From Terriglobia bacterium (GTDB taxonomy: Bacteria > Acidobacteriota > Polarisedimenticolia > Polarisedimenticolales > JAIQFR01): a DNA stretch of 64,000 nt. Made by a program: the position numbers and the translations under genes. The number at the start of each line of letters is the position of its first letter. The stretch's first letter is position 1. The notes under the pieces were generated by a model, which had not been told where the DNA came from, did not search any database, and saw nothing but the letters and a program-made list of their open reading frames with translations. The stretch lies in the NCBI GenBank assembly GCA_963748015.1, contig CAVVHE010000006.1:119032-183031 (forward strand), given 5' to 3'. Positions 49,034 to 59,148 of this stretch are shown here, piece after piece.

Positions 49034-49708
49034 ATGACGGGTAAGCGTGCGGGAATGCTGGCCGTGCTCGCGGCGATCGCCGTGCTTGCCGGCTCGAGCG
49101 TCTGGGCGGTCGACGAGCCGGTCGTCGGTCACTTCTCCTTCGGGCCGAGCTTCCCGCAGGGAGACGCCACCAAGGCCCTCAAGGATGGTTGGGCGATCCA
49201 CGGCGGCGCGACCTGGTTCTCTCCGAGCAAGCCGGCGCTGGGCCTCCGGCTGGATTTCGGCATCGATTGGTACGACATGAAGGACGAGTTCCTGAGGGGG
49301 ATCGACACGAACCCCGACACCGAGATCATCGAGCCGCCGGACAACGGCTACGGACGGGCCTGGTCGGCGACCGCGGATCTCATGTGGAACCCCAGGAGCA
49401 AGGGCAAAGTAGGCGTGTATCTCGTCGCCGGTGCCGGTATCTACTACACCCAGGCTTGGCTTTCCGAATACGGCTACGGCACGGGCTACTATTGCGACCC
49501 GTGGTGGGGCTACTGCTACCCGTATGCGGGCACCGCCGAGTATCTGCTCGAATCCCAGTCCAACTGGGAGTGGGGTCTCAACGCCGGCATCGGGATGACG
49601 ATCAAGATCAGCGAGAGGTCGGAGCTGTACCTGGAAACCGTCTATCACTGGATCGACACGAAGAACGGCGCCGAGATCCTCCCCGTGAGCCTCGGGTTCC
49701 GCTGGTAG
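49034..49708 (+). CDS. Outer-membrane beta-barrel protein (OmpA-like) with a Cys/Trp loop
   Basis: AGGAGG RBS; signal peptide; YLVAGAGIY, YYCDPWWGYCYP, WGLNAGIG, LGFRW end. Confidence 0.78.
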   Translation: MTGKRAGMLAVLAAIAVLAGSSVWAVDEPVVGHFSFGPSFPQGDATKALKDGWAIHGGATWFSPSKPALGLRLDFGIDWYDMKDEFLRGIDTNPDTEIIEPPDNGYGRAWSATADLMWNPRSKGKVGVYLVAGAGIYYTQAWLSEYGYGTGYYCDPWWGYCYPYAGTAEYLLESQSNWEWGLNAGIGMTIKISERSELYLETVYHWIDTKNGAEILPVSLGFRW

Positions 49709-49731
49709 CTTCGAGAGCCGTAGCATCCACC

Positions 49732-49774
49732 CGCCGGGCCGCGCGGCTCACGCGCCGCCCGGCGTCCGTCTTTT
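49732..49774 (+). terminator. Possible intrinsic terminator
   Basis: GC-rich stem CGCCGGGC..GCCCGGCG followed by TCCGTCTTTT. Confidence 0.4.
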
Positions 49775-49900
49775 CCGGACCGTTCCCGCCGGGCGCGATC
49801 CTCGCGGACGACGTCACGGTTCTGGTCCTCGCGCGCGGGTGAATGCTGGCGGTACGGGCCTTGCGGGATGTGGAGTCATGACGAGACGAGGGGTGTGCCG

Positions 49901-50749
49901 ATGAAGCGGACGAGGGCGGGCTTCGTCGCGCTCGCGGTATTCGCGCTCGCGTCTCACGGCGGGACTCGGGCCGAGATGCCGGGCGAAGTCCCGGACAAGC
50001 TGCGGTTCTCCCTCGGCGGCATGCTGGCCAACGCCTTCACGGACGCCGGATACGGCTCCGTGAGCGCCGGCCTCGGCGGCACCGTGAACTTCGAGGACAG
50101 CTTCGGCCTGCCCTCCAACAAGGACATCTTCCGCGCCGACGTCAGCTGGCACGTCGCCAAGCGCCAGCTCATCGACTTCGGCTACTTCAAGCTCGACCGG
50201 TCCGGCTCGAGCGTCCTCGACGAGGACATCCAGTGGGGCGACTACGTCTACCAGGCCGGCGGCGAGGTGAGCGCGCGGTTCAACTCCGAGTTCATCTACG
50301 GCGCCTGGCGCTACCTGTTCCTCGACCTGCCCGAGGTGCGGCTCTCCGGCTCGGTGGGAGTGAGCGACATCGGCCTCGAGGCGGGTCTCGTCGCGTCGGG
50401 CACCGTGACCGATCGCGAGGGCAACGTCGTCGAGGGCACCGTCGACGAGGCCGCCCGCGTCACGGCGCCGGTGCCGATGGTCGGCCTGCAAGTCGACTAC
50501 GCGCCGACCCCTCGCCTGGCGTTCCTGGGGTTCTACCGCACCCTCTACGTCAAGGACGTCGCGGGCATCGACGGCTCGCTCGCCGAGACCTCGATCCGGA
50601 TGAGCTGGTGGTATGCCAGGCACGCCGGTATCAGCGCCGGCATCGACACCGAGAACATCGATTTGAGGTCCTACGAGAAGGGCGATACGAAGGCGCGCTT
50701 CCGCTACCAGGTGCGCGCCGTATCCGTCTATCTGACCTTTGCCCTCTAG
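49901..50749 (+). CDS. Hypothetical outer-membrane beta-barrel protein
   Basis: Signal peptide; PGEVPDKLRFSLGG; beta-strand pattern; paralogous to 51610..52446. Confidence 0.72.
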   Translation: MKRTRAGFVALAVFALASHGGTRAEMPGEVPDKLRFSLGGMLANAFTDAGYGSVSAGLGGTVNFEDSFGLPSNKDIFRADVSWHVAKRQLIDFGYFKLDRSGSSVLDEDIQWGDYVYQAGGEVSARFNSEFIYGAWRYLFLDLPEVRLSGSVGVSDIGLEAGLVASGTVTDREGNVVEGTVDEAARVTAPVPMVGLQVDYAPTPRLAFLGFYRTLYVKDVAGIDGSLAETSIRMSWWYARHAGISAGIDTENIDLRSYEKGDTKARFRYQVRAVSVYLTFAL

Positions 50750-50807
50750 CGCGCGCGGGTGGGCCTCCGAATCGAATGAAGTACACTATCGGGTGGAGGA
50801 TTCTCAC

Positions 50808-51464
50808 ATGCCGAAATCGGGACGAGTCGCAATCGCCGCCTTCGTCGTGACCTGCCTGGCGGCCGCAGCGGGGGCCGCGCTCGCCGAGGAGAAGGCGCCC
50901 CCACCCCAGCAGGAGCAGGCGCTCCAACCGCAGACCGAGGTCTTCACCGGGACGCTCATGATCGTGAGCGGGCCGGGTGGGGCTCAAATGGGCCGGATCA
51001 AGATCACGGTGGAGCACTGGACGACCGACGAGGAGCGGAAGACGCTCGCCGAGGCGATCCGCTCGGGTAACGAGGCGAGCCGCGGAGGTAACGACGCCCT
51101 CGTCGACGCGATGGACAAGCTGCAGGCCGGCTACGTGCAGATCGAGAACAACCTGCGCTGGCCGATCCGCTCCGCCGCCTCGTGGAAGACCGAGAAGGGC
51201 CGCAAAGTCCGATTCGCGACGAACCGGCCGATCAACTACCAGGAAACCGCGATGAACAGCCGGAGCTCCGACTACCCAATCGGGTTCATCGAGTTGGTCC
51301 TTCCCCCCGAGGGGAAGGGGGAAGGCGTGCTCCTAGTCGCGACGCAGGTCGAGTTCGGCTCGGACGGCAAGCTCCAGGTGAGATCGCTTCCGACCAACAC
51401 GGGGCCGCAGAAGGTCACGAATGTCGTCTCCGAGCTGCTCAAGCCGAAGAAGAGCAAGAACTAG
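50808..51464 (+). CDS. Secreted hypothetical protein
   Basis: TACACT -10 candidate, GGAGG RBS, signal peptide; WTTDEER, ATNRPI, DYPIGFIEL, GKGEG. Confidence 0.75.
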   Translation: MPKSGRVAIAAFVVTCLAAAAGAALAEEKAPPPQQEQALQPQTEVFTGTLMIVSGPGGAQMGRIKITVEHWTTDEERKTLAEAIRSGNEASRGGNDALVDAMDKLQAGYVQIENNLRWPIRSAASWKTEKGRKVRFATNRPINYQETAMNSRSSDYPIGFIELVLPPEGKGEGVLLVATQVEFGSDGKLQVRSLPTNTGPQKVTNVVSELLKPKKSKN

Positions 51465-51477
51465 TAGAAGTACCAGG
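51460..51477 (+). promoter_or_regulatory. Additional candidate copy of the recurring palindrome upstream of the 51610 operon
   Basis: ACTAGTA-GAAG-TACCAGG overlapping the upstream stop codon; extended -10 TGATAAGAT at 51532-51540. Confidence 0.45.
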
Positions 51478-51609
51478 TCGACAGCCGAGACCGATCTTGG
51501 ATCGGATGGCACCTCTCCCGACGCGCGAGCGTGATAAGATCCGCTTCGATCAAGCTCTCGGCCATGGAGGATCCGTGCCGGGCCTCGGGCCGGGGGATGG
51601 GGGCTGCCC

Positions 51610-52446
51610 ATGAAAAACGCTATCGGCGCCGTTATCGTCGTCCTGGCTGTCGCCGCAACGCCGGTCGCGGCAGGCTTTCCCGGCGACGTCCCGGATCGCC
51701 TTCAGGTCTCGTTCGGCGGGATGGTCACCGCCCTCGACACGCAGGCCTCCGCCGGCAAGACGCGCGGCGGTCTCGGCATGACGATCAAGTTCGAGGACTT
51801 CTTCAACATGCCGAGCTCCAATTGGACAGGTTTCCTGAACGGCTCCTGGCGTTTCGCCGGCCGTCAGTACATCGACTTCGGCTGGCTCAACATCGACCGC
51901 TCGGGCAGCCGGATGAACTCCGAGGACGTCGAGTTCAGGGACTACACCTTCCTCGCGGGATCCGAGCTCGAGGGCGGGCTCGATTCGTCCTTCCCCTACC
52001 TGGCATACCGGTACGATTTCCTCCAGCTCGACCAGGTGAAGATCTCCGGCTCGGCCGGCATATCGTACATCGACCTCACGGCCTGGCTGGCCGCCGACGC
52101 GGGAGTCATCGACCCCGAGGGGAATCTCATCGAGGGCTACAGGAAAGCCGAGATGTCGATCGGGTTGCCCGTCCCGGTCATCGGTTTCGAGATGGACTGG
52201 GCCGTCTCCAAGCGCAATTCCATCGTCATGTCCGGCCGCATGATCTACGCGAACTTCTCCGGGTTGCGAGCCCAGATCTCGGAGAATTCGTTTCACTGGT
52301 ATTACCACCCCTGGAAGCACTGGGCCCTCGGCGCCGGTTTTGACAGGATCGCGATCGGCATTCCGAGCTACGAGAAAGACGGCCAATTCGCGACGTTCAG
52401 CTACAACCTCACTGGCTTGGCGATCTTCGGGAAGGCCAGCTTCTAG
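51610..52446 (+). CDS. Hypothetical outer-membrane beta-barrel protein
   Basis: Signal peptide; PGDVPDRLQVSFGG; terminal Phe. Confidence 0.75.
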   Translation: MKNAIGAVIVVLAVAATPVAAGFPGDVPDRLQVSFGGMVTALDTQASAGKTRGGLGMTIKFEDFFNMPSSNWTGFLNGSWRFAGRQYIDFGWLNIDRSGSRMNSEDVEFRDYTFLAGSELEGGLDSSFPYLAYRYDFLQLDQVKISGSAGISYIDLTAWLAADAGVIDPEGNLIEGYRKAEMSIGLPVPVIGFEMDWAVSKRNSIVMSGRMIYANFSGLRAQISENSFHWYYHPWKHWALGAGFDRIAIGIPSYEKDGQFATFSYNLTGLAIFGKASF

Positions 52447-52498
52447 AACGATGGGAGGCGGCCGCGCGATATCCGGGCCGCCCAAGGAGGTCGGATCC

Positions 52499-53062
52499 AT
52501 GAAAGGCCTGATCGCTCTTCTCGTCTTGGCTGCCGTTTCGACGCTCGCGTGGGCTCAGGCCCCACCCCCGACCGCCCCGGCGGGCCAGAAGACGCTGGCC
52601 GCAACGGTCGGCCTCTACGTGTTCCCGGCGAAGGGGCAAACACCCGAGAAGCAGTCGCAGGAAGAGGCGGAGTGCTACAACTGGGCCGTGCAGAACACGG
52701 GAACCGATCCGTTCCAGCTCGGCAAGCAGGCGGAGCAGCAAAAGGCCCAGACCGAGCAGGCCAAGCAGCAGGCCGCGACCGCGGGCGACGGCGCGGGCGC
52801 GAAGGGTGCGGTGAAGGGCGCCGCGGTGGGCGCGCTCATCGGCGAGGTCGGCTCCGGCAACGCCAGCAAGGGCGCGGCGTACGGCGCCGCGGCCGGCGCG
52901 ATCGCGGGGCGGCGAAAAAAAGAAAAGGCACAGGATCAGGCCATGGCCCAGGCGGAGCAGCAGGGCCAGGCGGCCCAGCAGGCGACCCAGCAGCAGCTGG
53001 ACGGGTTCAAGAAGGCCTTCAGCGTGTGTCTCGAGTCGAAAAACTACATGGTCAAGTTCTGA
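52499..53062 (+). CDS. Secreted glycine-zipper protein (paralogue of 7080..7661)
   Basis: AGGAGG RBS; GQKTLAAT...FPAKGQ...CYNWAVQNTGTDPF...GAGAKGAVKGAA...FKKAFSVCLE. Confidence 0.83.
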   Translation: MKGLIALLVLAAVSTLAWAQAPPPTAPAGQKTLAATVGLYVFPAKGQTPEKQSQEEAECYNWAVQNTGTDPFQLGKQAEQQKAQTEQAKQQAATAGDGAGAKGAVKGAAVGALIGEVGSGNASKGAAYGAAAGAIAGRRKKEKAQDQAMAQAEQQGQAAQQATQQQLDGFKKAFSVCLESKNYMVKF

Positions 53063-53080
53063 GGCGGGACGGAGGAGACG

Positions 53081-53506
53081 ATGACGAACGCTTCGAAGTG
53101 CGCGCTCGCGGGGCTCCTGCTCGTCCTGGCTTCCGGCTCCGCCCTCGCCGACGACGTCACGGGAGCGAGCCGCATCCTGTGCTCGGCCGCCCAGGCGACC
53201 GTGTGCGGGGACGACGGGGAATGCGAGACGGCCGTGCCGTGGACCTGGAACATCCCGCAGTTCATGGAGCTCGACTTTCCCGGCAAGATGCTCGCCACGA
53301 CGAAGGCTAGCGGGGAGAACCGCCAGACGCCGATGGGGACGGTGAAGCGCGAGGGCGGGTGGATCTTCATCCAGGGGATCGAGGCCGGCCGCGCGTTCAG
53401 CTTCGCGATCGAGGAGGAGACCGGCTTGATGTCGGTCGCCGTGGCCAGGCGCGGTCTGACCGTTTCCGTGTTCGGCGCGTGTACGCCGATGCCGGCGTCG
53501 CGCTAG
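53081..53506 (+). CDS. Small secreted Cys-containing hypothetical protein
   Basis: GGAGG RBS; signal peptide; four mature-region Cys (ILCS, TVC, GEC, FGAC). Confidence 0.72.
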   Translation: MTNASKCALAGLLLVLASGSALADDVTGASRILCSAAQATVCGDDGECETAVPWTWNIPQFMELDFPGKMLATTKASGENRQTPMGTVKREGGWIFIQGIEAGRAFSFAIEEETGLMSVAVARRGLTVSVFGACTPMPASR

Positions 53507-53609
53507 CCCAGCGGGCCAGGCTCGGGACGAGGGCACGAGACCTCCGCGGCTCCGGGCGAAACGTAGCGCGATGTCGCCGCTCTGCGGCGTGCCCGCGCCG
53601 GGAGGTTTC

Positions 53610-54239
53610 ATGACGAAGCGTGGCTGGGGGATCTTCCGGGTCGTCGCGGTCACCTGCGGTTTGGCGGTCGCCGCGGCGGGCGCCCAGACGAAGACGGCGG
53701 AGAGCCAGGGCGGGAAGTCGTCGCCCGAGACGCGGCCTCGCAAGATCCTCGTCCTGGTGGTCGCGCCCGATCCGACGACGCGGATCGCCGTCGAGAAAGT
53801 GATCGCGGGCGAGCTCTCGCTTCGCGGCGCCACCGCCGTGGCCTCGCACGTCTCGTTCCCCGAGCTTCCGAAGGAGCGCGGCCCGTTCGAGGAGAAGCTC
53901 GTCGCGGACGGCTTCGACGCGGTGACCGTGAGCCGCCTCGTCGGCCGGAACGACAAGTCCACGTACAAGGAGGGGTCCGACTCGTTCCAGCCCGAGTATC
54001 TGGGCATGGGGGTGTGGGGCGGGTACTGGTTCACCTACCACCAGGTCACCCTTCCCGAGTACCTTTCGAAGGAGACCCGCGTCCGCGTGCGCACCGATTT
54101 CTGGCGGGCGTCGGGCAAGGAGGGGCGGCTTGTCTGGTCGGGAACGACCGATCTGTTCGACCCCATGACGCTGGTCCAGGCTGCGCGCGAGGTCGGCGTC
54201 GCCGTCACGCAGGCGCTTGCGAAGGCGAAGCTCATTTGA
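53610..54239 (+). CDS. Secreted hypothetical protein
   Basis: GGAGG RBS; signal peptide; KILVLV...RIAVE, GFDAV, LVWSG. Confidence 0.7.
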   Translation: MTKRGWGIFRVVAVTCGLAVAAAGAQTKTAESQGGKSSPETRPRKILVLVVAPDPTTRIAVEKVIAGELSLRGATAVASHVSFPELPKERGPFEEKLVADGFDAVTVSRLVGRNDKSTYKEGSDSFQPEYLGMGVWGGYWFTYHQVTLPEYLSKETRVRVRTDFWRASGKEGRLVWSGTTDLFDPMTLVQAAREVGVAVTQALAKAKLI

Positions 54240-54252
54240 GGAGGTGCGTGCC

Positions 54253-54867
54253 ATGAAGCGAGGCTCGTGGATCCCGTTGGCCCTGGCGACGTGGTGCATC
54301 CTGGCCTTCGGCGCCTCTCCCGTCTACGAGCTCGCTGACCGCAGGACGAACTCGGACGTCAGGCCGCGGAAGCTCCACAAGCTCATCGTCATCGCGATCT
54401 CCGACGACCGGGAAGTGCGCAACCGGTTCGAGGACAAGTTCGTCACGCACCTCAAGGGGAAGGGCTTCGACGCGCTGATCAGCCACGAGCTCGTGCCCGA
54501 CCTCACGACCCCCGCAGACCGTCAGAGCGTCCTCGACGCCCTGGCCCGGGAAAAGGTGGACGGCGCCCTGACCGTCCGCGCGGTGCCGCTCGAGGACGTC
54601 AGCGAGGCGACGTGGAGCGCCGCCTGGACCGCCTGGGTGGACGAGCCCTCGACCGTGCGCGACCTCGTCCGGAGCACCGTGCCGGTCGCGAAGAAGAAGG
54701 CGAAGATGTACGGGGTCGAGGTCGCGCTGTGGGACGCCGAGGCGTCGCGACCGCTGTGGGCGGCGCGAACGCGCGCCGTCTCCATTCGGGACCTCAAAGC
54801 GGGAGTCGGCGACCTCCTGGGTCTCACGATGGCGGCGCTCAAGGACACTCCCTGGCTTGGACCGTAG
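54253..54867 (+). CDS. Secreted hypothetical protein, same family as the preceding gene
   Basis: GGAGG RBS; KLIVIA...RNRFED, VDGAL, PLWAA. Confidence 0.7.
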   Translation: MKRGSWIPLALATWCILAFGASPVYELADRRTNSDVRPRKLHKLIVIAISDDREVRNRFEDKFVTHLKGKGFDALISHELVPDLTTPADRQSVLDALAREKVDGALTVRAVPLEDVSEATWSAAWTAWVDEPSTVRDLVRSTVPVAKKKAKMYGVEVALWDAEASRPLWAARTRAVSIRDLKAGVGDLLGLTMAALKDTPWLGP

Positions 54868-54916
54868 AAATCGCTCCGGGAAGCACGGCAGCGCACGCGA
54901 AAGGGGGGCATTTCCG

Positions 54917-57178
54917 ATGCGGACGTGGACGAGGGTTGCGTTCCTTGGGGCGGTCATCCTGCTGGCAGGCGTTCTCGTCGTCCCTGTCCGGGCCGCGACG
55001 CCTGCCGCGAAGTCGGCGGCGGATCCCGCCGCCCCCGCTCCCGGCGCGGGCCAGAAGCCTCGCCTCTTCCTCGTGCTGAGCGGCGGCGGAGCCCGCGGTG
55101 CCGCCCACATCGGCGTTCTCAAGGTCCTCGAAGAGCTGCACGTCCCGGTGGACATGGTCGTCGGGACGAGCATGGGATCGATCGTCGGAGGGCTCTACGC
55201 GACCGGCTGGACGCCCGACGAGATGGAGGCGTTTCTGCTGCAGGTCGACTGGGACCGGGTCTTCATCGACCAGGTGGACCGGGACGAGAAGCCGTACCGG
55301 CGCCGGCAAGACGACACCCGATTCTTCGTCAAGGCCAAGATCCGCTTCAAGGGATGGAAGCCGTACATCCCTGCGGGCGTGCTCGGAGGCCAGCGCCTCG
55401 AGCTGATGCTCCGGGCGGTCGAGTTCGAGTCCACGGGCGAGACGGACTTCGACAAGTTCCCGATCCCCTACCGGGCGGTCGCGGCGGACCTCAACGAGAA
55501 CGAGCCGTTCGTCGTCGACCACGGGAGCCTCGCCACCGCCATGCGCGCGAGCATGTCCATCGCCGGCGCCTTCGCGCCCGTCGAGATCGAAGGGCACGTT
55601 CTCGTGGACGGCGGGGCGGTCGCGAACCTCCCGGTCCGCATCGCGCAGGGCCTCGGGGCCGACGCGGTCGTCGCGGTGGACATCACGAGCCCGCTCGGGA
55701 CCAAGGACGAGCTGGGATCGTTCCTCTCGGTCATGAGCCAAATGAGCTCGCTGCTCACGACCGGGAACCGCGGGGAGGACATCCGGAAGCTGAGGCCCCA
55801 GGACGTGCTGATTCGCCCGGAGCTGGGCGACATCTCGTTCTCGGATTTTCCCCGTGCGTCCGAGGCGATCGTGATCGGGGAGAAGGCCGCTCGCGCGGCG
55901 GCGGAGCGGCTCAAGGCGTTCGCCGTTCCCGACGAGGAGTGGGCCGCCTACAAGGCCCGCCACCACAAGCGCCCGGCGAGCGAGCTCGTCGTCGACCACT
56001 TCGAGGTCAAGAACGAGAGCCTCGTCGACGACGACATCGTGCGGGCGCACATCGAGGTGCCCCTCGGTCGCCCGCTCGATCAGAAGGCGTTCGGCGAAAG
56101 TATCATGCGGCTCCAGGGTCTCGACTACTTCGGCGTGATAAGGCCTACGTTCGAGCGCCGGGAGGGCGAGGGCGACCTTTCGATGGTCGTTCCGCCGAAA
56201 CCCTACGGAAGGAGCAGTCTCCAGGCGGGCCTGGGCTTCTACAGCGACCTGAAAGGGGAGAGCTCCGCCACGATCACCGCGCGGCACCTCCTCCTCGCCG
56301 CGAATCGCCGGGGCGGAGAGTGGCAGAACACCTTCCAGATCGGCGAGCGGATGAGTTTGGCCACGGAGTTTTACCAGCCGCTTGACGCCGGCTTGAAGTG
56401 GTTCGTGGTGCCGGCCGCGCAGTGGTTCAAGGTTAACCGGGGGCTCTGGATGGACGGCGCCCACGTCGCCGATTACAGCGTGAAGAGTTACGGCGGAAGT
56501 CTCGACGCGGGACGCGTGCTGGGAAGTTGGGGCGACCTCAGCATCGGAGGGTTCGCGACCCGGAGCAGCGGCTCCGTCTTGATCGGTCCCGACGTCGCTC
56601 CCCCGTTTGCCGAGACGGACGCCGGGGTCCGACTCCGCTGGAACGCAGACACCCTCGACTCGGTGATCTTCCCGCGGCGCGGCTGGCGCTTGTTGTCCGA
56701 GTACTCGAACTCCCTCGATGCTTTCGGCGCCGACGCTCCGGGAGGCCGGGCGTTCGCGGGAGTGCTGAGCGCGATCGGCATCGGCCGCACGACCGTCATT
56801 CCCCACGTCGAGTACGGGGACAGTTTCCGGACACAGAGTAACCTCGGCCAGTTGTTCTCCCTCGGCGGACTCTGGCGCCTTTCAGGACTCGCGCAGAACG
56901 AGCTGCTCGGGGAGCGCATGGCTCTCGCCTCGGCCGTGTTCTACAGGGAGCTCATGAAGGTCGGCCTCGGTGTCGTACGTACCAACGTCTACATTGGCGG
57001 CAGCCTCGAGGCCGGCAACGTTTTCAGCGAAAGCGATCCCTTCTCCCTCGACGCCCTCGACGCCGGGGGGTCGATCTTCGTGGGGGCCGACACCTTGATC
57101 GGCCCCGTCTACTTCGCCTGCGGTTTCGCCGAGAACGGGCGGCAGCGCTACTACGTGAGCATCGGCCAGACGTTCTAG
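54917..57178 (+). CDS. Patatin-like phospholipase-POTRA-beta-barrel protein (PlpD / type Vd secretion-like)
   Basis: LSGGGARGAAHIGV, GTSMG nucleophile, DGG, POTRA-like segment, Omp85-like barrel ending IGQTF. Confidence 0.9.
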   Translation: MRTWTRVAFLGAVILLAGVLVVPVRAATPAAKSAADPAAPAPGAGQKPRLFLVLSGGGARGAAHIGVLKVLEELHVPVDMVVGTSMGSIVGGLYATGWTPDEMEAFLLQVDWDRVFIDQVDRDEKPYRRRQDDTRFFVKAKIRFKGWKPYIPAGVLGGQRLELMLRAVEFESTGETDFDKFPIPYRAVAADLNENEPFVVDHGSLATAMRASMSIAGAFAPVEIEGHVLVDGGAVANLPVRIAQGLGADAVVAVDITSPLGTKDELGSFLSVMSQMSSLLTTGNRGEDIRKLRPQDVLIRPELGDISFSDFPRASEAIVIGEKAARAAAERLKAFAVPDEEWAAYKARHHKRPASELVVDHFEVKNESLVDDDIVRAHIEVPLGRPLDQKAFGESIMRLQGLDYFGVIRPTFERREGEGDLSMVVPPKPYGRSSLQAGLGFYSDLKGESSATITARHLLLAANRRGGEWQNTFQIGERMSLATEFYQPLDAGLKWFVVPAAQWFKVNRGLWMDGAHVADYSVKSYGGSLDAGRVLGSWGDLSIGGFATRSSGSVLIGPDVAPPFAETDAGVRLRWNADTLDSVIFPRRGWRLLSEYSNSLDAFGADAPGGRAFAGVLSAIGIGRTTVIPHVEYGDSFRTQSNLGQLFSLGGLWRLSGLAQNELLGERMALASAVFYRELMKVGLGVVRTNVYIGGSLEAGNVFSESDPFSLDALDAGGSIFVGADTLIGPVYFACGFAENGRQRYYVSIGQTF

Positions 57179-57242
57179 GATCGAGCCACCGTCCCGGCGT
57201 CGGAACCGTTCACGATGCCGCGGATATCGACGGGAGGACGAC

Positions 57243-58175
57243 GTGAAGATCGCCAGGCTGATCGTCCTCGCGTTGCTCGTCACCCTCGCGGGAGCGCGCC
57301 GGGCGGGTGCGCAGGACATGGAGCCGCGCGCCTACTCGCCGTCCCCGGTCGGGACCAACTTCGTCGCGGTCGTCCTCGGCGGGACCCGCGGCGCGATCCT
57401 CTTCGATCCCGCGGTCCCAATCACCGACGCCCACGCGGAGCTCGGCCAGACCGTTCTGGGCTACGGTCGGTCGTTCGGTCTCTTCGGCCGGCAAGGACTC
57501 GTGCTGGTCGGGGTCCCGTACGCGTGGGGTTACGCCGAAGGGGCGGTGCAGGAGGAGACCCGACGCGTCCATCGGGACGGGTTCGGTGACATGCGCGTCA
57601 AGGCTTCGCTCAATCTCCTGGGACCGAAGGCAATGAGCCCGGAGGAGTTCCGCAAGGCACCCCGGCGGACGGTCCTGGGCGTGAGCCTCGCCGTCCAGGC
57701 GCCCACCGGGGAGTACGACAGGACGAAGCTGATCAATCTGGGGACGGGCCGGTGGGCGATCAAGCCCGAGGTCGGCCTGTCGGTCCCGGTCGGCCGGTGG
57801 TTTCTCGACGCGTACGCGGGCGCCTGGTTCTTCGAAACCAACGACCAGTTTTACCCGGGCGACGCCACCCGGCGCCAGGACCCGCTCTACACCCTCCAGG
57901 CCCACGCGAGCTACACGTTCAAGAACCGCGCTTGGGTCGCGGCCGACGCGACGTGGTACGGAGGGGGCGCGTCCACGGTCGACTCGGGCTCCCCGTCGGA
58001 GCGTCAGAGCAACTCCCGCCTCGGAGGAACGGTCGCCGTCCCGATCACCAAGCGCCAGTCCATGAAGCTCGCGGCCAGCACCGGCACCTCCACGCGGACT
58101 GGAACCGACTTCGACACCGTTCTCGTCGGATGGCAATTCCTCTGGTTCGATCGCCCGCGCGACCGGAAGCCCTGA
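57243..58175 (+). CDS. Outer-membrane protein of the MetA-pathway/phenol-degradation (SphA/CbbX-like transporter) family
   Basis: Signal peptide; EPRAYSPSPVGTNF, GFGD, APTGEYD...INLGTGRW, NSRLG. Confidence 0.8.
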   Translation: MKIARLIVLALLVTLAGARRAGAQDMEPRAYSPSPVGTNFVAVVLGGTRGAILFDPAVPITDAHAELGQTVLGYGRSFGLFGRQGLVLVGVPYAWGYAEGAVQEETRRVHRDGFGDMRVKASLNLLGPKAMSPEEFRKAPRRTVLGVSLAVQAPTGEYDRTKLINLGTGRWAIKPEVGLSVPVGRWFLDAYAGAWFFETNDQFYPGDATRRQDPLYTLQAHASYTFKNRAWVAADATWYGGGASTVDSGSPSERQSNSRLGGTVAVPITKRQSMKLAASTGTSTRTGTDFDTVLVGWQFLWFDRPRDRKP

Positions 58176-58194
58176 GGGACCCGGGGCCTTGGAG

Positions 58195-59148
58195 TCACGG
58201 CGTGGTGACGGGCTTCCACGTCTTGTCGGGGTTGTAGCGGGTCATCGCGTTGAAGGTCTCGAGCGTCTTCGGGCCGAGGTCCTTCTCGTAAACCACGCCG
58301 TCGTGGCTCACGATGAAGGTCTTGATGCCCGTGACCTCATAGTCGGCCGGCGCGGCAACCATCGCGAAGCCCCCGATCATCACGCCCTTCACGAGGAAGT
58401 CCATCTCCCCCATGGGCGCGGCGGGGCCCTGACCCTTCAGGATCTTGAAGTAGTAGCCGTGGTACGGCTGGTACTTCTCCGAGTAGCCCTCGGCGATCAC
58501 TCTGGCGATCCCCTCGCCTACCGGCCCCTGCCAGGATCCATCGGGTCCCTGCCACGCGAGCCCGTCGTGCTTGCCGGGGGTACTGATCACCCGCTGCGCG
58601 TACTGGTTGACCGGCGATCCATCGCGTTTCTCGGAGGCATACTCGATCTGCGCCTCGACGTAACCGCGGCAGACCTCGATGGCGTCCAGCTCGTTCTGTC
58701 CGATTCGGCGGTACAGGACCTCCCTGGCTCCCGTCTTCGAGTCGAAGCGCCACTTGCCGCCGTCCTGCACGATCGGGATCGGCATCGGCCAGTCTTCGTC
58801 GCCGGTCACCAGGATGGCCACCTTCGGCTTCGCGGGGTCGCGGACGATCCGGTGCTTCTCGCGGGCCTGCGCGGCGAACGCCATGCCCGTGTTCTTGTCC
58901 TGGACCGGGTCCTCGGTGACCACGAGGTCCACGCCGTCAGGCCCGAGGATCTCCTTCAATGCTGCGACGTCGAACTTCTCGGCCGCGGCGATCAACGCCT
59001 CGCTCGCTTGCTCCGGCGTGTCGAACTTCTTTTGTGCTCCCTGCGCGGGAGCCGCGGCGGCACCGGAGGGCAAGGACGCCGCGAAGGCGATGCCGAGGCA
59101 AAGGAGGAAGAAAGCCCGCATGAGTGTTTTCGATGTCATCGCGCTCAC
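58195..59148 (-). CDS. DUF2950-family secreted protein
   Basis: FDTPEQA, DWPMPIPIV, RRIGQNE, STPGKHDGL, PYHGYYFKIL, TFIVSHDGVVYEKDLG. Confidence 0.9.
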   Translation of the reverse strand: MSAMTSKTLMRAFFLLCLGIAFAASLPSGAAAAPAQGAQKKFDTPEQASEALIAAAEKFDVAALKEILGPDGVDLVVTEDPVQDKNTGMAFAAQAREKHRIVRDPAKPKVAILVTGDEDWPMPIPIVQDGGKWRFDSKTGAREVLYRRIGQNELDAIEVCRGYVEAQIEYASEKRDGSPVNQYAQRVISTPGKHDGLAWQGPDGSWQGPVGEGIARVIAEGYSEKYQPYHGYYFKILKGQGPAAPMGEMDFLVKGVMIGGFAMVAAPADYEVTGIKTFIVSHDGVVYEKDLGPKTLETFNAMTRYNPDKTWKPVTTP

